DNA from: Gemmatimonadales bacterium
GTDB taxonomy: Bacteria > Gemmatimonadota > Gemmatimonadetes > Gemmatimonadales > GWC2-71-9
Direction: 5' to 3'
Assembly: GCA_041577295.1 (NCBI GenBank)
Contig: JBFGJG010000001.1
Span: 96,001 to 160,000, forward strand
DNA: 64,000 bases
Below, one piece after another: positions 43,147 through 53,652 of this stretch. The notes under the pieces were generated by a model. It saw only the letters and a program-made list of their open reading frames with translations, was not told the DNA's origin and searched no databases. The stretch's first letter is position 1. Every line of letters starts with the position of its first letter. Both the position numbers and the translations under genes were made by a program.

Positions 43147-44673
43147 TCAGGCTACCGCGTACCGATCGGTAACATCGCGGCCCGCCGGCTGCGCCACCAG
43201 GCGAAACTCGTCCATGCGGGTGATCGGGTCATCACGCATCTCGAGATCGATCCCGGTCATTTTGCGCATCTTTTTCAAAAACTCAGGCTCGTCCTCCATG
43301 AGATACAGGGCAACCTCTGGATGAACTCGCACCGTCATCCGACGTTCCTGCTTCTCGTGGGCGACCCGGTGCAGTGACCGCTCGAGTCGGCGAACGACCA
43401 CCTCGGGACGGAAGACCCTGCCCGTCCCGGCACAGGTGGGACAGGCTGTGGTGGTAGAGGCCCACAGGGACGGACGCACCCGTTGGCGCGTCATCTCGAC
43501 CAAGCCCAGCTCCGATACCTGAAAGGCGCGGGTGCGTGCACGGTCTCGACCGAGATGGGTCCGCAACTCGTGCAGCACACGCTCGCGATTCGAACGGCTC
43601 TCCATGTCGATGAAGTCGATCACGATGATGCCGCCGACGTCGCGCAGCCGGATCTGGCGGGCGATCTCGCGGGCCGCCGCCAAGTTGGTCCGCAAGATAG
43701 TCTTCTCGGGGTCTTTGCGGCCCGTGTAGCTCCCCGTATTAACGTCAATCGATACGAGCGCCTCGGTCGGTTCGATCACCAGCGAGCCACCGGTCGGAAG
43801 CGGCACCTCCCGCTCGAAGATGGCGCGGATCTCGTTCTCGATCCCGAACTTGTCGAACAGCGGGGTGTGATCCGAATACTGAACAACACGGCTCAGGAGC
43901 TCCGGATCGACCTGATTCAAATACTGCTTGATCTCGTTATAGAGCGGCCGGGAGTCGACGTAGAGTTTGTCGACTTTGTCGCTAAAGACATCACGGATGA
44001 TGCCACTGGTGAGCTTAGCCTCCCGATGCACGAGGGCGGGAGCCTTGAGCCGAACGAAGTGTGCTTTCCGGTTGACCTTTTTCCAGAGATCGCGTAGCGA
44101 CTTCAGCTCGCGTTTGATGTGGTCGTCTGTCAGATCCTCGGCGACGGTCCGTACGATGACACCACCGGAATTGCCGGGAAGCCGTTTGCTGACGACCTCG
44201 CGAAGCCGACTGCGCTCCTCCCGCGACTCGATCTTCCGGCTGACGCCAACCTTGGAGGCGAATGGCAAGTACACCAAGAATCGACCGGCGATCGAGATCT
44301 GTGCAGTAACACGTGGTCCCTTGGTCCCGATGGGCTCCTTGGTGACCTGAACCAGCAGCGTCTGACCACGTTTCAGGTGGTCTTGGATGTTCGGGAGGCG
44401 TCGATTCGAGCGGCTGCCGTTCCCGTTTTCGTCGTCGTCGTCCTCAGGCTCGATGAGATCCGACGCGTGGAGGAACGCACTCTTGCCTTCGCCGATGTTC
44501 ACGAAGGCGGCCTGCATTCCGGGCAATACGGCTTCCACTTTGCCGAGGTAGATGTTGCCGACGGTTCGCCTGTTCTCGGGGTGGTCGAGCAGCAGCTCGG
44601 CGAGGCGATCGTCCTCCAGAATCGCCACACGGGTCTCCCGTGAGGCACCATTGATGAGTATCTCGCGTTTCAA
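43147..44673 (-). CDS. Rne/Rng family ribonuclease
   Basis: GNIYLGKV S1 domain, IDVNTG, GGIIVIDFIDM, CPTCAGTG; TTG start at LKREIL. Confidence 0.95.
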   Translation of the reverse strand: MKREILINGASRETRVAILEDDRLAELLLDHPENRRTVGNIYLGKVEAVLPGMQAAFVNIGEGKSAFLHASDLIEPEDDDDENGNGSRSNRRLPNIQDHLKRGQTLLVQVTKEPIGTKGPRVTAQISIAGRFLVYLPFASKVGVSRKIESREERSRLREVVSKRLPGNSGGVIVRTVAEDLTDDHIKRELKSLRDLWKKVNRKAHFVRLKAPALVHREAKLTSGIIRDVFSDKVDKLYVDSRPLYNEIKQYLNQVDPELLSRVVQYSDHTPLFDKFGIENEIRAIFEREVPLPTGGSLVIEPTEALVSIDVNTGSYTGRKDPEKTILRTNLAAAREIARQIRLRDVGGIIVIDFIDMESRSNRERVLHELRTHLGRDRARTRAFQVSELGLVEMTRQRVRPSLWASTTTACPTCAGTGRVFRPEVVVRRLERSLHRVAHEKQERRMTVRVHPEVALYLMEDEPEFLKKMRKMTGIDLEMRDDPITRMDEFRLVAQPAGRDVTDRYAVA

Positions 44674-44874
44674 CTGAAATAACCTCTGGCGCTGGCGTGG
44701 CACCACCGTCTGACCGGTGATCCACGTGAGCGCCACTTGTTGTAACCGGCCGGAGCCCTGGCTTCACGAACGCCAAAACATGCGGTGCCGCCCAACCCAA
44801 CAGTGTCGGGTTGAGCATCTCGCGCCCGAGGCGATCCAGTCTCCGGTCTCGAAAAGTCATGTTAATTACTTACA

Positions 44875-44887
44875 AATCAAAGCGTTA
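44875..44887 (+). promoter_or_regulatory. IHF-consensus site upstream of rne/rng
   Basis: AATCAA-AGCG-TTA matches WATCAANNNNTTR inside an AT-rich patch. Confidence 0.4.
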
Positions 44888-44923
44888 CGGGTCAGCACGT
44901 CAAGTACCACGGGAGCTGTGAGA

Positions 44924-46189
44924 TCACCCGACGTCCGTTGCCGCACCAGCTCCGCCATCTCCTGTCACGGTCACGAGATCGCCCAACAGTTCCCGTGCGA
45001 TCACAATGCGCTGAATCTCGCTCGTCCCCTCGCCGATCTCGCACACCTTCGCATCACGCATCATCCGCTCAACGGGGTACTCCGTCGTGTACCCGTACCC
45101 CCCGTGAAGCTGCACCGCCTTGGTCGTAGCACGCATCGCCAGTTCAGACGCGAAGAGCTTGGCCATGGCCGCTTCCCGTTTGTGTGGGCGTTGGTTCTGA
45201 TGCAGCCAGGCGGCATGATAAATCAGGTGCCGGGCGGCGGCGATCTCCGTGGCCATGTCGGCCAGAGCGAAGTGGACCCCCTGAAAGGAGGCAATGGCAC
45301 GACCGAACTGTCGCCGCTCGGACGTGTAGCCGAGACACTCATCGAGCGCTCCCTGCGCCAGCCCTAGCGAGAGAGCCGCCAACCCAATGCGTCCCGAATC
45401 GAGGGTCTTGAGGAAGTTGGCGTAGCCACGTCCTCGGTCGCCCAGCATGTTCTCTTTGGGGACTACGGCATCCTCGAGCACCAACTCTCGTGTATCGGAC
45501 GCCCGCCAGCCCAGCTTGTCCTCTTTCTTCGCCGCCCGCACGCCAGGAGTCTTGGGAAGGTCCGGCGCATGCCCCACTCCAAGCTCCATTGCACGGTCCA
45601 AGTCCACCGTGTCTTTGGTGACGATGAATGATGTTATGCCACCGCTCCGATTCACCCGATCGGTGTCGGTGCGTGCCGTAATCACGAAGACCTCACCGAC
45701 CCCGGCGTTGGTGATGAAGATCTTGGACCCGCTGATGACGAAGTGGTCGCCCTTCTCGGTGGCCGTGGTCTGGGTGCCGCCCGCATCCGATCCCGCCCCC
45801 GGCTCGGTGAGCCCAAAGCCGCCCAACACCCGTCCTCCAGCCAGGAGCGGTACGAATCGCTTGCGCTGCTCGTCAGACCCGAAGTTGACGATCGGCGATG
45901 TTCCCAGCGTGGTGTGTGCGGACACCGTAATCGCGTGGCTCGCGTCCACACGTGCCAGCTCTTCGACCAAAATGATATAGGACAAATAGTCCATTCCGGC
46001 ACCGCCGAGCTCGGGCACCCACGGAGCGCCAAGGAAGCCCAGCTCACCCATCTTCTTGATGTTGTCCCAGGGGAATCGGTTTTCGGTGTCGAACTGTCGC
46101 GCGACTGGCCGGATCTCGGTCTCGGCGAAATCGCGTACGATCTCACGCACCTGATGGTGCTCATCGGTCAAGTAGGGAAGCTCCTTCAT
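44924..46189 (-). CDS. Acyl-CoA dehydrogenase
   Basis: [38 protein letters not shown]. Confidence 0.95.
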   Translation of the reverse strand: MKELPYLTDEHHQVREIVRDFAETEIRPVARQFDTENRFPWDNIKKMGELGFLGAPWVPELGGAGMDYLSYIILVEELARVDASHAITVSAHTTLGTSPIVNFGSDEQRKRFVPLLAGGRVLGGFGLTEPGAGSDAGGTQTTATEKGDHFVISGSKIFITNAGVGEVFVITARTDTDRVNRSGGITSFIVTKDTVDLDRAMELGVGHAPDLPKTPGVRAAKKEDKLGWRASDTRELVLEDAVVPKENMLGDRGRGYANFLKTLDSGRIGLAALSLGLAQGALDECLGYTSERRQFGRAIASFQGVHFALADMATEIAAARHLIYHAAWLHQNQRPHKREAAMAKLFASELAMRATTKAVQLHGGYGYTTEYPVERMMRDAKVCEIGEGTSEIQRIVIARELLGDLVTVTGDGGAGAATDVG

Positions 46190-46221
46190 GGCGCCGAAAT
46201 ATAGCAGGACTCGGGCCAGGC

Positions 46222-46710
46222 TCAGTCGCTAAGTCCTTTTGGCGGACCGAGAATGGTCTGGAGGATGATGCCGTCCCTGACCGATTGAGGGCTGCCAAGA
46301 AGGCGCTGCCGAATCGGCGTGTAGCGGGGTCCTTGAACGATTGCGGGGCCCTCGGGGAGGTATCGCTCGTGGAACTCGGCGTGGCGCTGCTCGGTGGAGA
46401 CTTCCAGCGGCTCCAGCGACCGCGCTTCCGTCGGTTCTGGGACCACCGGCTCAAAGGCCGGCTCTGGCTGAACTGGTTCCGGGACGCGCTGCTGGAGAAG
46501 ATCGAGCAAGCTCTCCTCCAGGGTCTTTCCTCCACGGGCGGGCGCTGGTTGCGGAACCGGTCGCGCCGTTTGGGTGGCGGCCGCCGGCTCGGGACGCCGC
46601 TGCGGGCGGGCCCGCGGCTTCTGTTGGCTCTGCGTTTTCTTCCGACTTCCCGACAGCAATCCAATGATGAGGATTGCGAGGAAAATGATGAGCTCGACGA
46701 AATCGCCCAT
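46222..46710 (-). CDS. Membrane-anchored hypothetical protein, third gene of the nfeD-floA operon
   Basis: N-terminal TM, Pro-rich linker, C-terminal [11 protein letters not shown]. Confidence 0.7.
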   Translation of the reverse strand: MGDFVELIIFLAILIIGLLSGSRKKTQSQQKPRARPQRRPEPAAATQTARPVPQPAPARGGKTLEESLLDLLQQRVPEPVQPEPAFEPVVPEPTEARSLEPLEVSTEQRHAEFHERYLPEGPAIVQGPRYTPIRQRLLGSPQSVRDGIILQTILGPPKGLSD

Positions 46711-46712
46711 GC

Positions 46713-47717
46713 TCAGCCCTCGCCCATCTCGCTCCCACCGCCCTCACCACGGGCGATGCTGCGGCGCATCGCCGTATCGCCCTCGATATTGCGGTATCGG
46801 GCGTAATCCATGACGCCGAGGACTCCCTTGCGAAATGCGTCTGCCATGGCAAGCGGTATTTGCGCCTCGGCTTCGACGAACTTGGCACGCATTTCCTGCG
46901 TCTTTGCCTTCATCTCCTGCTCGGAAGCGACCGCCATCGCCCGCCGCTCCTCGGCTTTTGCCTGCGCGATGCGCTTGTCGGCCTCTGCTTGATCGGTTTG
47001 CAGCTCGGCGCCGATGTTCTTCCCCACGTCGACGTCGGCGATATCGATGGACAGAATTTCGAACGCTGTCCCGCTGTCCAGTCCTTTAGCCAGCACCGTC
47101 TTGGAAATGTTGTCGGGATTCTCCAGTACCGCCTTGTGGGACACGGCGGACCCGATGGTCGACACGATCCCCTCGCCGACTCTGGCGAGGATCGTCTCCT
47201 CTCCCGCTCCGCCCACGAGCCGGTTGATGTTCGCTCGCACCGTAACGCGCGCGAGCGCGATGAGCTGAATGCCGTCCTTCGCCATCGCAGCGACCTTGGG
47301 CGTCTGTATGACCTTCGGGTTCACCGACACCTGGACCGCCTCGAGCACGTCGCGCCCCGCGAGATCGATGGCGGTCGCCTGTTTGAACGGGAGATCGATT
47401 CCTGCCTTGTCGGCCGAGATCAACGCCTTGACCACGCGGTCTACGTTGCCGCCGGCCAGGTAGTGCGCTTCCAGCATGTCGATCCCGAGAGTGAGTCCCG
47501 CCTTGGTCGCGTTGATGAGCGGCCGCACGACTGCTGCTGGGTTCACTTTGCGGAGCCGCATGCCGACCAGGGTGCGGAACGTCACGCGCACGCCAGCAGC
47601 CAAAGCCTCGATCCACAACCGGACCGGAATGAATGAGAGAAACCAGCCGGCGAACAACACGACAATGATCAACACCACCGGGAGGAGCCACGGTGCCAGT
47701 TCGAACAATTCGCTCAT
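46713..47717 (-). CDS. floA: Flotillin-like protein FloA (YqfA)
   Basis: [42 protein letters not shown]. Confidence 0.95.
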   Translation of the reverse strand: MSELFELAPWLLPVVLIIVVLFAGWFLSFIPVRLWIEALAAGVRVTFRTLVGMRLRKVNPAAVVRPLINATKAGLTLGIDMLEAHYLAGGNVDRVVKALISADKAGIDLPFKQATAIDLAGRDVLEAVQVSVNPKVIQTPKVAAMAKDGIQLIALARVTVRANINRLVGGAGEETILARVGEGIVSTIGSAVSHKAVLENPDNISKTVLAKGLDSGTAFEILSIDIADVDVGKNIGAELQTDQAEADKRIAQAKAEERRAMAVASEQEMKAKTQEMRAKFVEAEAQIPLAMADAFRKGVLGVMDYARYRNIEGDTAMRRSIARGEGGGSEMGEG

Positions 47718-47733
47718 GCGCTATCCTCGAGGT

Positions 47734-49089
47734 TTAAACGCTTGCCGCGTCGCCAACGGCCTCCACGACGAGGCGGTACCCTTCGGACCGGATGATCCGA
47801 ACCCGGGTGCCCTTTGGAATGAATCCAGAATCGGCCACGACGTCCAGACGCTCCTCGCCCGCTCGGATCGTGCCGGATGGGCGGAGGTCGGTGACGGCGA
47901 CGCCCTCGGCGCCGATCAACTCGTTGCGGGCAGGGGCTGAGAGAAAGCCGGTTTCCTTGGTCGTGGCCACCCTGAGAAAGATGCCCCGCAGCCGATCACT
48001 CGTAGGTAGGTGTCGAACCAGGGCGTACGTCACCCCCACGACAATCATAAACGCCACCGCTAGGATTCCGCCGGCACGAGCGACATCGGCCCACGTGGGG
48101 AGGGCACCAATCAGCGCGAGAAACGTCGCGGAACCTATGCAGAGCAGCGCGATGACCCCGGCAATGCCGAACCCGGGCATGACGAACACTTCGATTCCCA
48201 GCGCGATGAGTCCCGCACCAAGGAGGATTACCTCTTCCCATCCAGCCAAGCCAACAATGAGGTGGCTACCAAAGAAGGCGCTGAGGGCGAGAATGCCGGT
48301 GATCCCGGCGAGCCCAAATGAGGGTGTCTTGATCTCGATAATGAGCCCGAGCGTGCCGATGGAGAGCAGGAGCGGCGCCACGATAGGATGCGACAGAAAC
48401 CGAACCAGCCGCTCCGCCCAATTGATCCCGGGGTGCACCACCCTCGCATCGTCCAAGCCGAGATTCGCAAGCACGTCATCCCAGTTAAGTACTTCCACCG
48501 CGTACCCGACCCGGACCGCCTCGTCCGCCGTGAGCGTCAGCAGCTTCCCTGCCTCGACCACACCCTCAACCGCAATTTCCTCGTCCACCATGGCCTCGCC
48601 GATGCGTGGATCCAGGCCTCGTCGCTCGGCGAGCGCTCGGTATTGCGCGCGCATCACGCTCTGCGCCTTCTCGGACATCTTCTGCCCCTCACCACCCACT
48701 ACGGTTGAGGCACCCATGTGTCCATCAGCGACGATGAAGATGGAGTCCGTCGCCACAGCAATCAGCGCCCCCGCGGAGATCGCCCGCGGATGCACAAACG
48801 CGTAGACCGGAACCTCCGATTCTGAGATCGCGTCCACGATGTTTAGCGCGGCATCCACGCGGCCGCCCAACGTGTTGATCTCGAGCACGACCGCTTGCGC
48901 TCCCTCGGTTGCTGCTTCCCGAAGGGTCCGCTCGATGTAGGGGGCAATTCCCAGCTCGATCGCGCCCGTGACCGGCACTCGGTAGACAACTTGGTCCTGA
49001 CTGTGGAACGGTCTGGCGGTCTGCGCCGTCACACTCAACACCACGGCTGCCAGTCCCGTGGTCACACGGGCTCTGCTCGTCATAGCCAT
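47734..49089 (-). CDS. nfeD: Long NfeD membrane-bound ClpP-class protein (YqeZ-like)
   Basis: INTLGGRVD, AISAGALIA, KLLTLT, TM bundle, C-terminal OB domain (TDLRPSG). Confidence 0.9.
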   Translation of the reverse strand: MAMTSRARVTTGLAAVVLSVTAQTARPFHSQDQVVYRVPVTGAIELGIAPYIERTLREAATEGAQAVVLEINTLGGRVDAALNIVDAISESEVPVYAFVHPRAISAGALIAVATDSIFIVADGHMGASTVVGGEGQKMSEKAQSVMRAQYRALAERRGLDPRIGEAMVDEEIAVEGVVEAGKLLTLTADEAVRVGYAVEVLNWDDVLANLGLDDARVVHPGINWAERLVRFLSHPIVAPLLLSIGTLGLIIEIKTPSFGLAGITGILALSAFFGSHLIVGLAGWEEVILLGAGLIALGIEVFVMPGFGIAGVIALLCIGSATFLALIGALPTWADVARAGGILAVAFMIVVGVTYALVRHLPTSDRLRGIFLRVATTKETGFLSAPARNELIGAEGVAVTDLRPSGTIRAGEERLDVVADSGFIPKGTRVRIIRSEGYRLVVEAVGDAASV

Positions 49090-49246
49090 GTAAGAAAGGT
49101 AGGACCCTGCTCCCAGCGGCGGAAGCGCAATGGCGGGACGCGCCGGCGGATTCCGCCAAACCGCTTCATGTGCAGCGCTGCTGCGTTGGTAAGCCCGATT
49201 GCGGTCGGGGAGGGATCATTGCATATTGGGAGGGTCGCATGCGCAC

Positions 49247-49385
49247 AAAAAAAAGCGCTGCGGCGTGCTGAGCCGGGCATTGGTGTGGTCCCGCTCGTCC
49301 CCTCCCGACGAGATGCTTGCCTGGCGACAAGACGCTCAGCACGCCGCAGTTTTTCTTTGCCCTCCTCAACGGAATTTCTGTGCCA
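49247..49385 (-). ncRNA. Candidate small RNA with sigma54-like promoter
   Basis: Perfect 16-bp inverted repeat 49258-49273/49334-49349, inner hairpin with GGGAGGG loop, U8 tail, upstream TGGCAC-N5-TTCC. Confidence 0.5.
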
Positions 49386-49562
49386 GGGGTTCCGCACACC
49401 AGTCGCTACGACCGTAAAGTCCATCCACAAAAGCACTTATGACTATCGCGCACAGCGAGCGACTCTCTCGAGCCGCTTGGCAATATGCGTACGTCTGTGC
49501 TGAATCGAGGACAGCGGTGCCCTGCGCCGTGGTCGCGCTCGGAGGGTTGTGGTAGGGTCGTC

Positions 49563-49856
49563 TTATGCGGGCTGCTGTTGCCCCCTGCTGCTCGACAGGA
49601 CGCGGAACAGTCGTCGCGTCTCGTTCGATCCACCGTGCGGCGCGACGGTCACGGTGGCTGCCGGTAACCGAGCCTCGACCGCGCGAGCGATGGCCATGAG
49701 ATCCTCGTGGTTGTCTGGTCCGACCTCCACGAGCAGTTCGATCTTGGGGTCCTCGAGAAGCCGCGGCACGTACCACCACACGAGCACACCAGGGTGATCC
49801 GGGGCCACCTCGGTCACGGCGCGAACAACGTCGAGCACATTCGAGCGTTGATGCAT
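49563..49856 (-). CDS. Small hypothetical protein
   Basis: GAGGA RBS, protein-like alpha/beta composition; no family recognised. Confidence 0.55.
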   Translation of the reverse strand: MHQRSNVLDVVRAVTEVAPDHPGVLVWWYVPRLLEDPKIELLVEVGPDNHEDLMAIARAVEARLPAATVTVAPHGGSNETRRLFRVLSSSRGQQQPA

Positions 49857-49995
49857 TGCGGTATGTCCTCGGGGTTCAAAGTCGTCCGCTGGAGGCCACT
49901 TGCGATTCGCCCTGCCGCTAGTAGACTAAGCCTCCCAACGCGGATCGCAAGGGACTTACGGCTGGAAAACCGCCCGCGACCTGGAGGCATTCGGA

Positions 49996-50526
49996 GTGAC
50001 TTGGATCTTCGCCTACGGCAGTCTCATGGGCGACAACGCGATGCGGTACTACTCTGGGGGCGGTGCCCGCTTGAACGGGTACCGCCGGGCGTTCAATCAC
50101 GCGTCGATTAGGCGTTGGGGCACACCGGAACACCCGTGTCCCATTCTCGGGCTGTCGCCGGGCGGAGACTGTCATGGCGTTGCGTTTGACATTCCACAAC
50201 CCGACGAACGGGATGTTCGGCGAAAGATCGAGCGTCGCGAGGGCCAAGAGGAGTTCGAGCGCAAGCGCGTGCAAATCGAGCGAAATGGTGACGGCACCAC
50301 GAAGGCGATGGTATGGGTGACGAAGCGTCGCGTGGTGGGCCGAGGCCTGTGGCCGGAAGATACGGCCGAGCTCGTCCCGTTTTTCCGCGCCGCTCACGGC
50401 TCGGTGGGTAACGGCGTGGAGTACATTCGCACACTGATCCACGCGATGGAGCGGTGGCAGATTCATGATGCGATGGTGGAGTCGCTGTGGGAAGCATTGA
50501 AACCCTATTCCAACCCGAAGGGCTGA
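49996..50526 (+). CDS. ChaC-like gamma-glutamylcyclotransferase
   Basis: WIFAYGSLM, GYRRAF, WGTPEHP, RRE. Confidence 0.85.
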   Translation: MTWIFAYGSLMGDNAMRYYSGGGARLNGYRRAFNHASIRRWGTPEHPCPILGLSPGGDCHGVAFDIPQPDERDVRRKIERREGQEEFERKRVQIERNGDGTTKAMVWVTKRRVVGRGLWPEDTAELVPFFRAAHGSVGNGVEYIRTLIHAMERWQIHDAMVESLWEALKPYSNPKG

Positions 50527-50532
50527 GCGACC

Positions 50533-51603
50533 ATGCTCCTCTACATCACGACTGGCGAACCACGGGATCGGAAGGTCAACCCCTTGCATACGATTCCCGA
50601 CACGGTCAACGAGCTCTTTTATCTCGCGATGCGTGAACACGACCGGCCCGCGGTCGTGCAGTATTGGCAGGCGGACCGATGGATGCGCGACCCAGACTGG
50701 CGCTTCGATCGGCAAGTAATCCAGGTGGCCCTGTTCCTCACCACACGACTGGATCTCTCCGCGGGAGACGGTGTGGGGATTCTGGGACCGCTCCGCCCAC
50801 TGTGGCTGCAGGTAGACTTCGCCGTCCAGGGTTTCCATGGCGTCCCGGTCGGCTTTGCAGATGAGCTCACCGATGACCAGCTGTGCACGGCCGTTGATCA
50901 GTCGGGTGTTCGCGTGATATTCGCGACCGATCGGACCAGCACGGAGCGCCTGGTTCGCCTGCGCCCGCGGTTTCGCGAGCAGCCGGTTCTCATCAAGGCC
51001 GAGGGCGCCGAAGAAGGCGAGGATGGAATCGTGGGCGGGGCGTTTCTGTGGAGCCGCGGGCAGGTGCTGGACACTCCCGAGCGAGCGCAGAGCTGGCGCG
51101 CCACCGCGCGCAAGGTCGACGCCGATATGATTGCCGGGGTCCACTTCGGCGCCGTTGATAAGAAGGTGGTGCGCGAAGCGTACACGCACGGGGACGCGAT
51201 GAGCTTTGTGCGCGATCGTGTCGAGCGTAGCCCGGCCGCCTCGGGCGATGTCGCGTTCTTCGAGGCGCAACGGGTCACCCCAATTGTGCGGCAGATCGCG
51301 TACGCCTACGTGGGGGACGGAGACACGGTAGTCGTGCTCCCCGGGACACGCGGTGCGCAAGCGCTCCATGAGGAGCGTCCCACCAGATTGGTCGTCTCCG
51401 AGAGTTGGCTGGCCGGCTTCGCCGACGACGTCGAGGCCAAAGTCGGTTCGCGTAAACTGCACGATCGGCTCGCCGAGGTCGTAGGAGAGCGTCTCCGGTG
51501 GATCGAACCGACGAGCGAGCTTCCAGCGGCGCTTGAACGCCGCTTGCTCGAGGCCGGTTTGCCGTTGCCGGCGCTCGCTTTGCAGGGCAAGACGCCCACT
51601 TGA
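50533..51603 (+). CDS. Truncated/degenerate AMP-binding (long-chain acyl-CoA ligase-like) protein
   Basis: GDGVGIL..LRPLW..VDFAVQ..GVPV N-terminal subdomain; no TSGTTGxPK loop, no C-terminal domain. Confidence 0.65.
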   Translation: MLLYITTGEPRDRKVNPLHTIPDTVNELFYLAMREHDRPAVVQYWQADRWMRDPDWRFDRQVIQVALFLTTRLDLSAGDGVGILGPLRPLWLQVDFAVQGFHGVPVGFADELTDDQLCTAVDQSGVRVIFATDRTSTERLVRLRPRFREQPVLIKAEGAEEGEDGIVGGAFLWSRGQVLDTPERAQSWRATARKVDADMIAGVHFGAVDKKVVREAYTHGDAMSFVRDRVERSPAASGDVAFFEAQRVTPIVRQIAYAYVGDGDTVVVLPGTRGAQALHEERPTRLVVSESWLAGFADDVEAKVGSRKLHDRLAEVVGERLRWIEPTSELPAALERRLLEAGLPLPALALQGKTPT

Positions 51604-51792
51604 CGGGGAGCACCAGACGCGCCATACTCGGGCAATTCTTGCCGGCGTAGCCCTGGGAACCGTAATGGCACTACGCCACTTATGGAGGAGACTCCACCCT
51701 AGCTTCGTTCCGGGCAGCGGAACGACGTTGTTGCACTCGCTTCACGGGGTGGGAATGGTTTGTCCTGACAATCTGCTCGACCTGGAGGTGCC

Positions 51793-53652
51793 ATGAGCGA
51801 GGTATTAGCGGCCGCGATCCGCCACGCAGCCGATCTCGGATGGCGGGCCTTTCAATCTATCAACACCCGCGTCCCGGACAGCGAGTCCATCCATCCAGTT
51901 TGGGCTCCCGGCCCTCTCCTGAAGAGCTATGAGCGCAGCCGCCCACCGCTGGGCTGGCCACGCGATACCGACTCCCTGTGCCCGCACTGCGTCAAAGAGA
52001 CGCGTGAAGCGATCATCAGCGGCGATCGTGACTTGAGCGAGCTGGTGAACGGCCACCCCGGCGAGATCCGGGCGAAGATCGTTGAGGACGACGGCAAGAT
52101 CCTCATGAAGAAGCACTGTCCAGTGCACGGAGAGTTCGTCGACACGCTTTCCATCGACGCGAAGTTCAGTGAGCTGATCGAAGAGCGGTATCCCGGCCGT
52201 GATTTCCGCACAGCGGAAGACGCGTTGATTCATCGGCACGGGACGTCGTCCATTCGCTACGGGCGCGGCGCGGTGCTCACGATCGACCTGACCAACCGCT
52301 GCAACATGATGTGCAATCCCTGCTTTATGGATGCCAACCAAGTGGGGTATGTGCACGAGCTGAGCATGGACGACATTAAGGAGATTTTGGACGCCTCTAT
52401 TTCGTTCAAGCCACGGCGCCAGATGTCCGTGCAGTTCTCGGGTGGTGAGCCCACCATGTCACCCTACTTCCTCGAAGCGTGTGCGTATGCTAAGGAGGTT
52501 GGGTACTACACAGTTCAGGCGGCCACTAACGGATTGCGCTTTGCGCTCGAGCCGGAATACGCGTTCCAGGCCAAGGAAGCCGGTCTCGACATGGCGTACT
52601 TCCAGTTCGACGGCGTGACCAACGAAGCGAATCAGCACCGGCAGATCAGCAATCTGTTCGACGCGAAGCAAATGGCTGTCGAGAACATGGCCGCGGCGGG
52701 CATCGACATCACGCCCGTAACCACTGTGGTCAACACGATCAACGACGAGCAGGTTGGCCCGATCCTCGATTTCGTCATTCAGAACTCGGACAAGATGGGC
52801 GGCGTGTCCTTCCAACCCGTGTCATTTACAGGACGCGACGAGGACATCAGTGATGAGGACCGGCATCGTCAGCGGTACACAATTTCACACCTGGCGCACG
52901 AGCTTTCTCGCTACTACGGCGGCAAGATCGATCCGTATCGCGACTGGTATCCGCTCGGGGCCATGGGAGCGTTTACCGCCCTTGCCGATCACCTTCGCGG
53001 TTCAGAAGTCCCCTTTGGCGGGTTGAACTGCTCATGCCATCCAAATTGCGGTTCGTCCGTCCTCCTCACGGTCAACTCGAAGACCAAGGAGTGGGCGCCG
53101 CTCACGCAGTTCTTCAATGTGTGGCAATTCATGAAGGACGTGTCGGTCATCTGTGATACTGCGCGTGGCAAGAAGCTGACGGTCGCGCAAGTTGGCATGG
53201 CCGTACTGCGTAACTTCGATCAGTCGAAGGCACCGCCCGGATTCGATCTCGCGGAGTTCGCCAAACTGTTCAACCGCAAGATGGGTGGAGCGTTTACCGG
53301 TGGGAAAAAGCCCGAGCCTCCCGCGTGGAAGCTGATGTGGGTTGGCGGCATGTGGTTCCAGGATCTCTGGACCTACGATTTCCGCCGCACGGAAATGTGC
53401 GTGATTCCCTACGCCACCCAGGAAGGCGAGATCTCCTTCTGCGCCTACAACACCGGTGTGGGTTGGCGGCAAGTGGTGGAGAACATGCACATGGTCGCGA
53501 CTACCAAGGATTGGTTCAAGACGCGAGGTCGGCACAAGATCTACGCGGGGAACCGTCCAATGGATCTCCCGGGCAAGAAGGGTCGGTCGTTGCCCGTGGT
53601 CACCGCGGACGTTGGTGGTGGGAATGGCCACAGCGCCTGTGGGTGCCACTAG
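51793..53652 (+). CDS. Tetraether lipid synthase (Tes/GDGT-MAS, MJ0619 family)-like radical SAM enzyme
   Basis: SLCPHC...KHCPVHGEF, IDLTNRCNMMCNPCF, QFSGGEPT, QFDG, FQPVSFTGR, SCHPNCG, MCVIPYAT...FCAYN; GGAGG RBS. Confidence 0.88.
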   Translation: MSEVLAAAIRHAADLGWRAFQSINTRVPDSESIHPVWAPGPLLKSYERSRPPLGWPRDTDSLCPHCVKETREAIISGDRDLSELVNGHPGEIRAKIVEDDGKILMKKHCPVHGEFVDTLSIDAKFSELIEERYPGRDFRTAEDALIHRHGTSSIRYGRGAVLTIDLTNRCNMMCNPCFMDANQVGYVHELSMDDIKEILDASISFKPRRQMSVQFSGGEPTMSPYFLEACAYAKEVGYYTVQAATNGLRFALEPEYAFQAKEAGLDMAYFQFDGVTNEANQHRQISNLFDAKQMAVENMAAAGIDITPVTTVVNTINDEQVGPILDFVIQNSDKMGGVSFQPVSFTGRDEDISDEDRHRQRYTISHLAHELSRYYGGKIDPYRDWYPLGAMGAFTALADHLRGSEVPFGGLNCSCHPNCGSSVLLTVNSKTKEWAPLTQFFNVWQFMKDVSVICDTARGKKLTVAQVGMAVLRNFDQSKAPPGFDLAEFAKLFNRKMGGAFTGGKKPEPPAWKLMWVGGMWFQDLWTYDFRRTEMCVIPYATQEGEISFCAYNTGVGWRQVVENMHMVATTKDWFKTRGRHKIYAGNRPMDLPGKKGRSLPVVTADVGGGNGHSACGCH

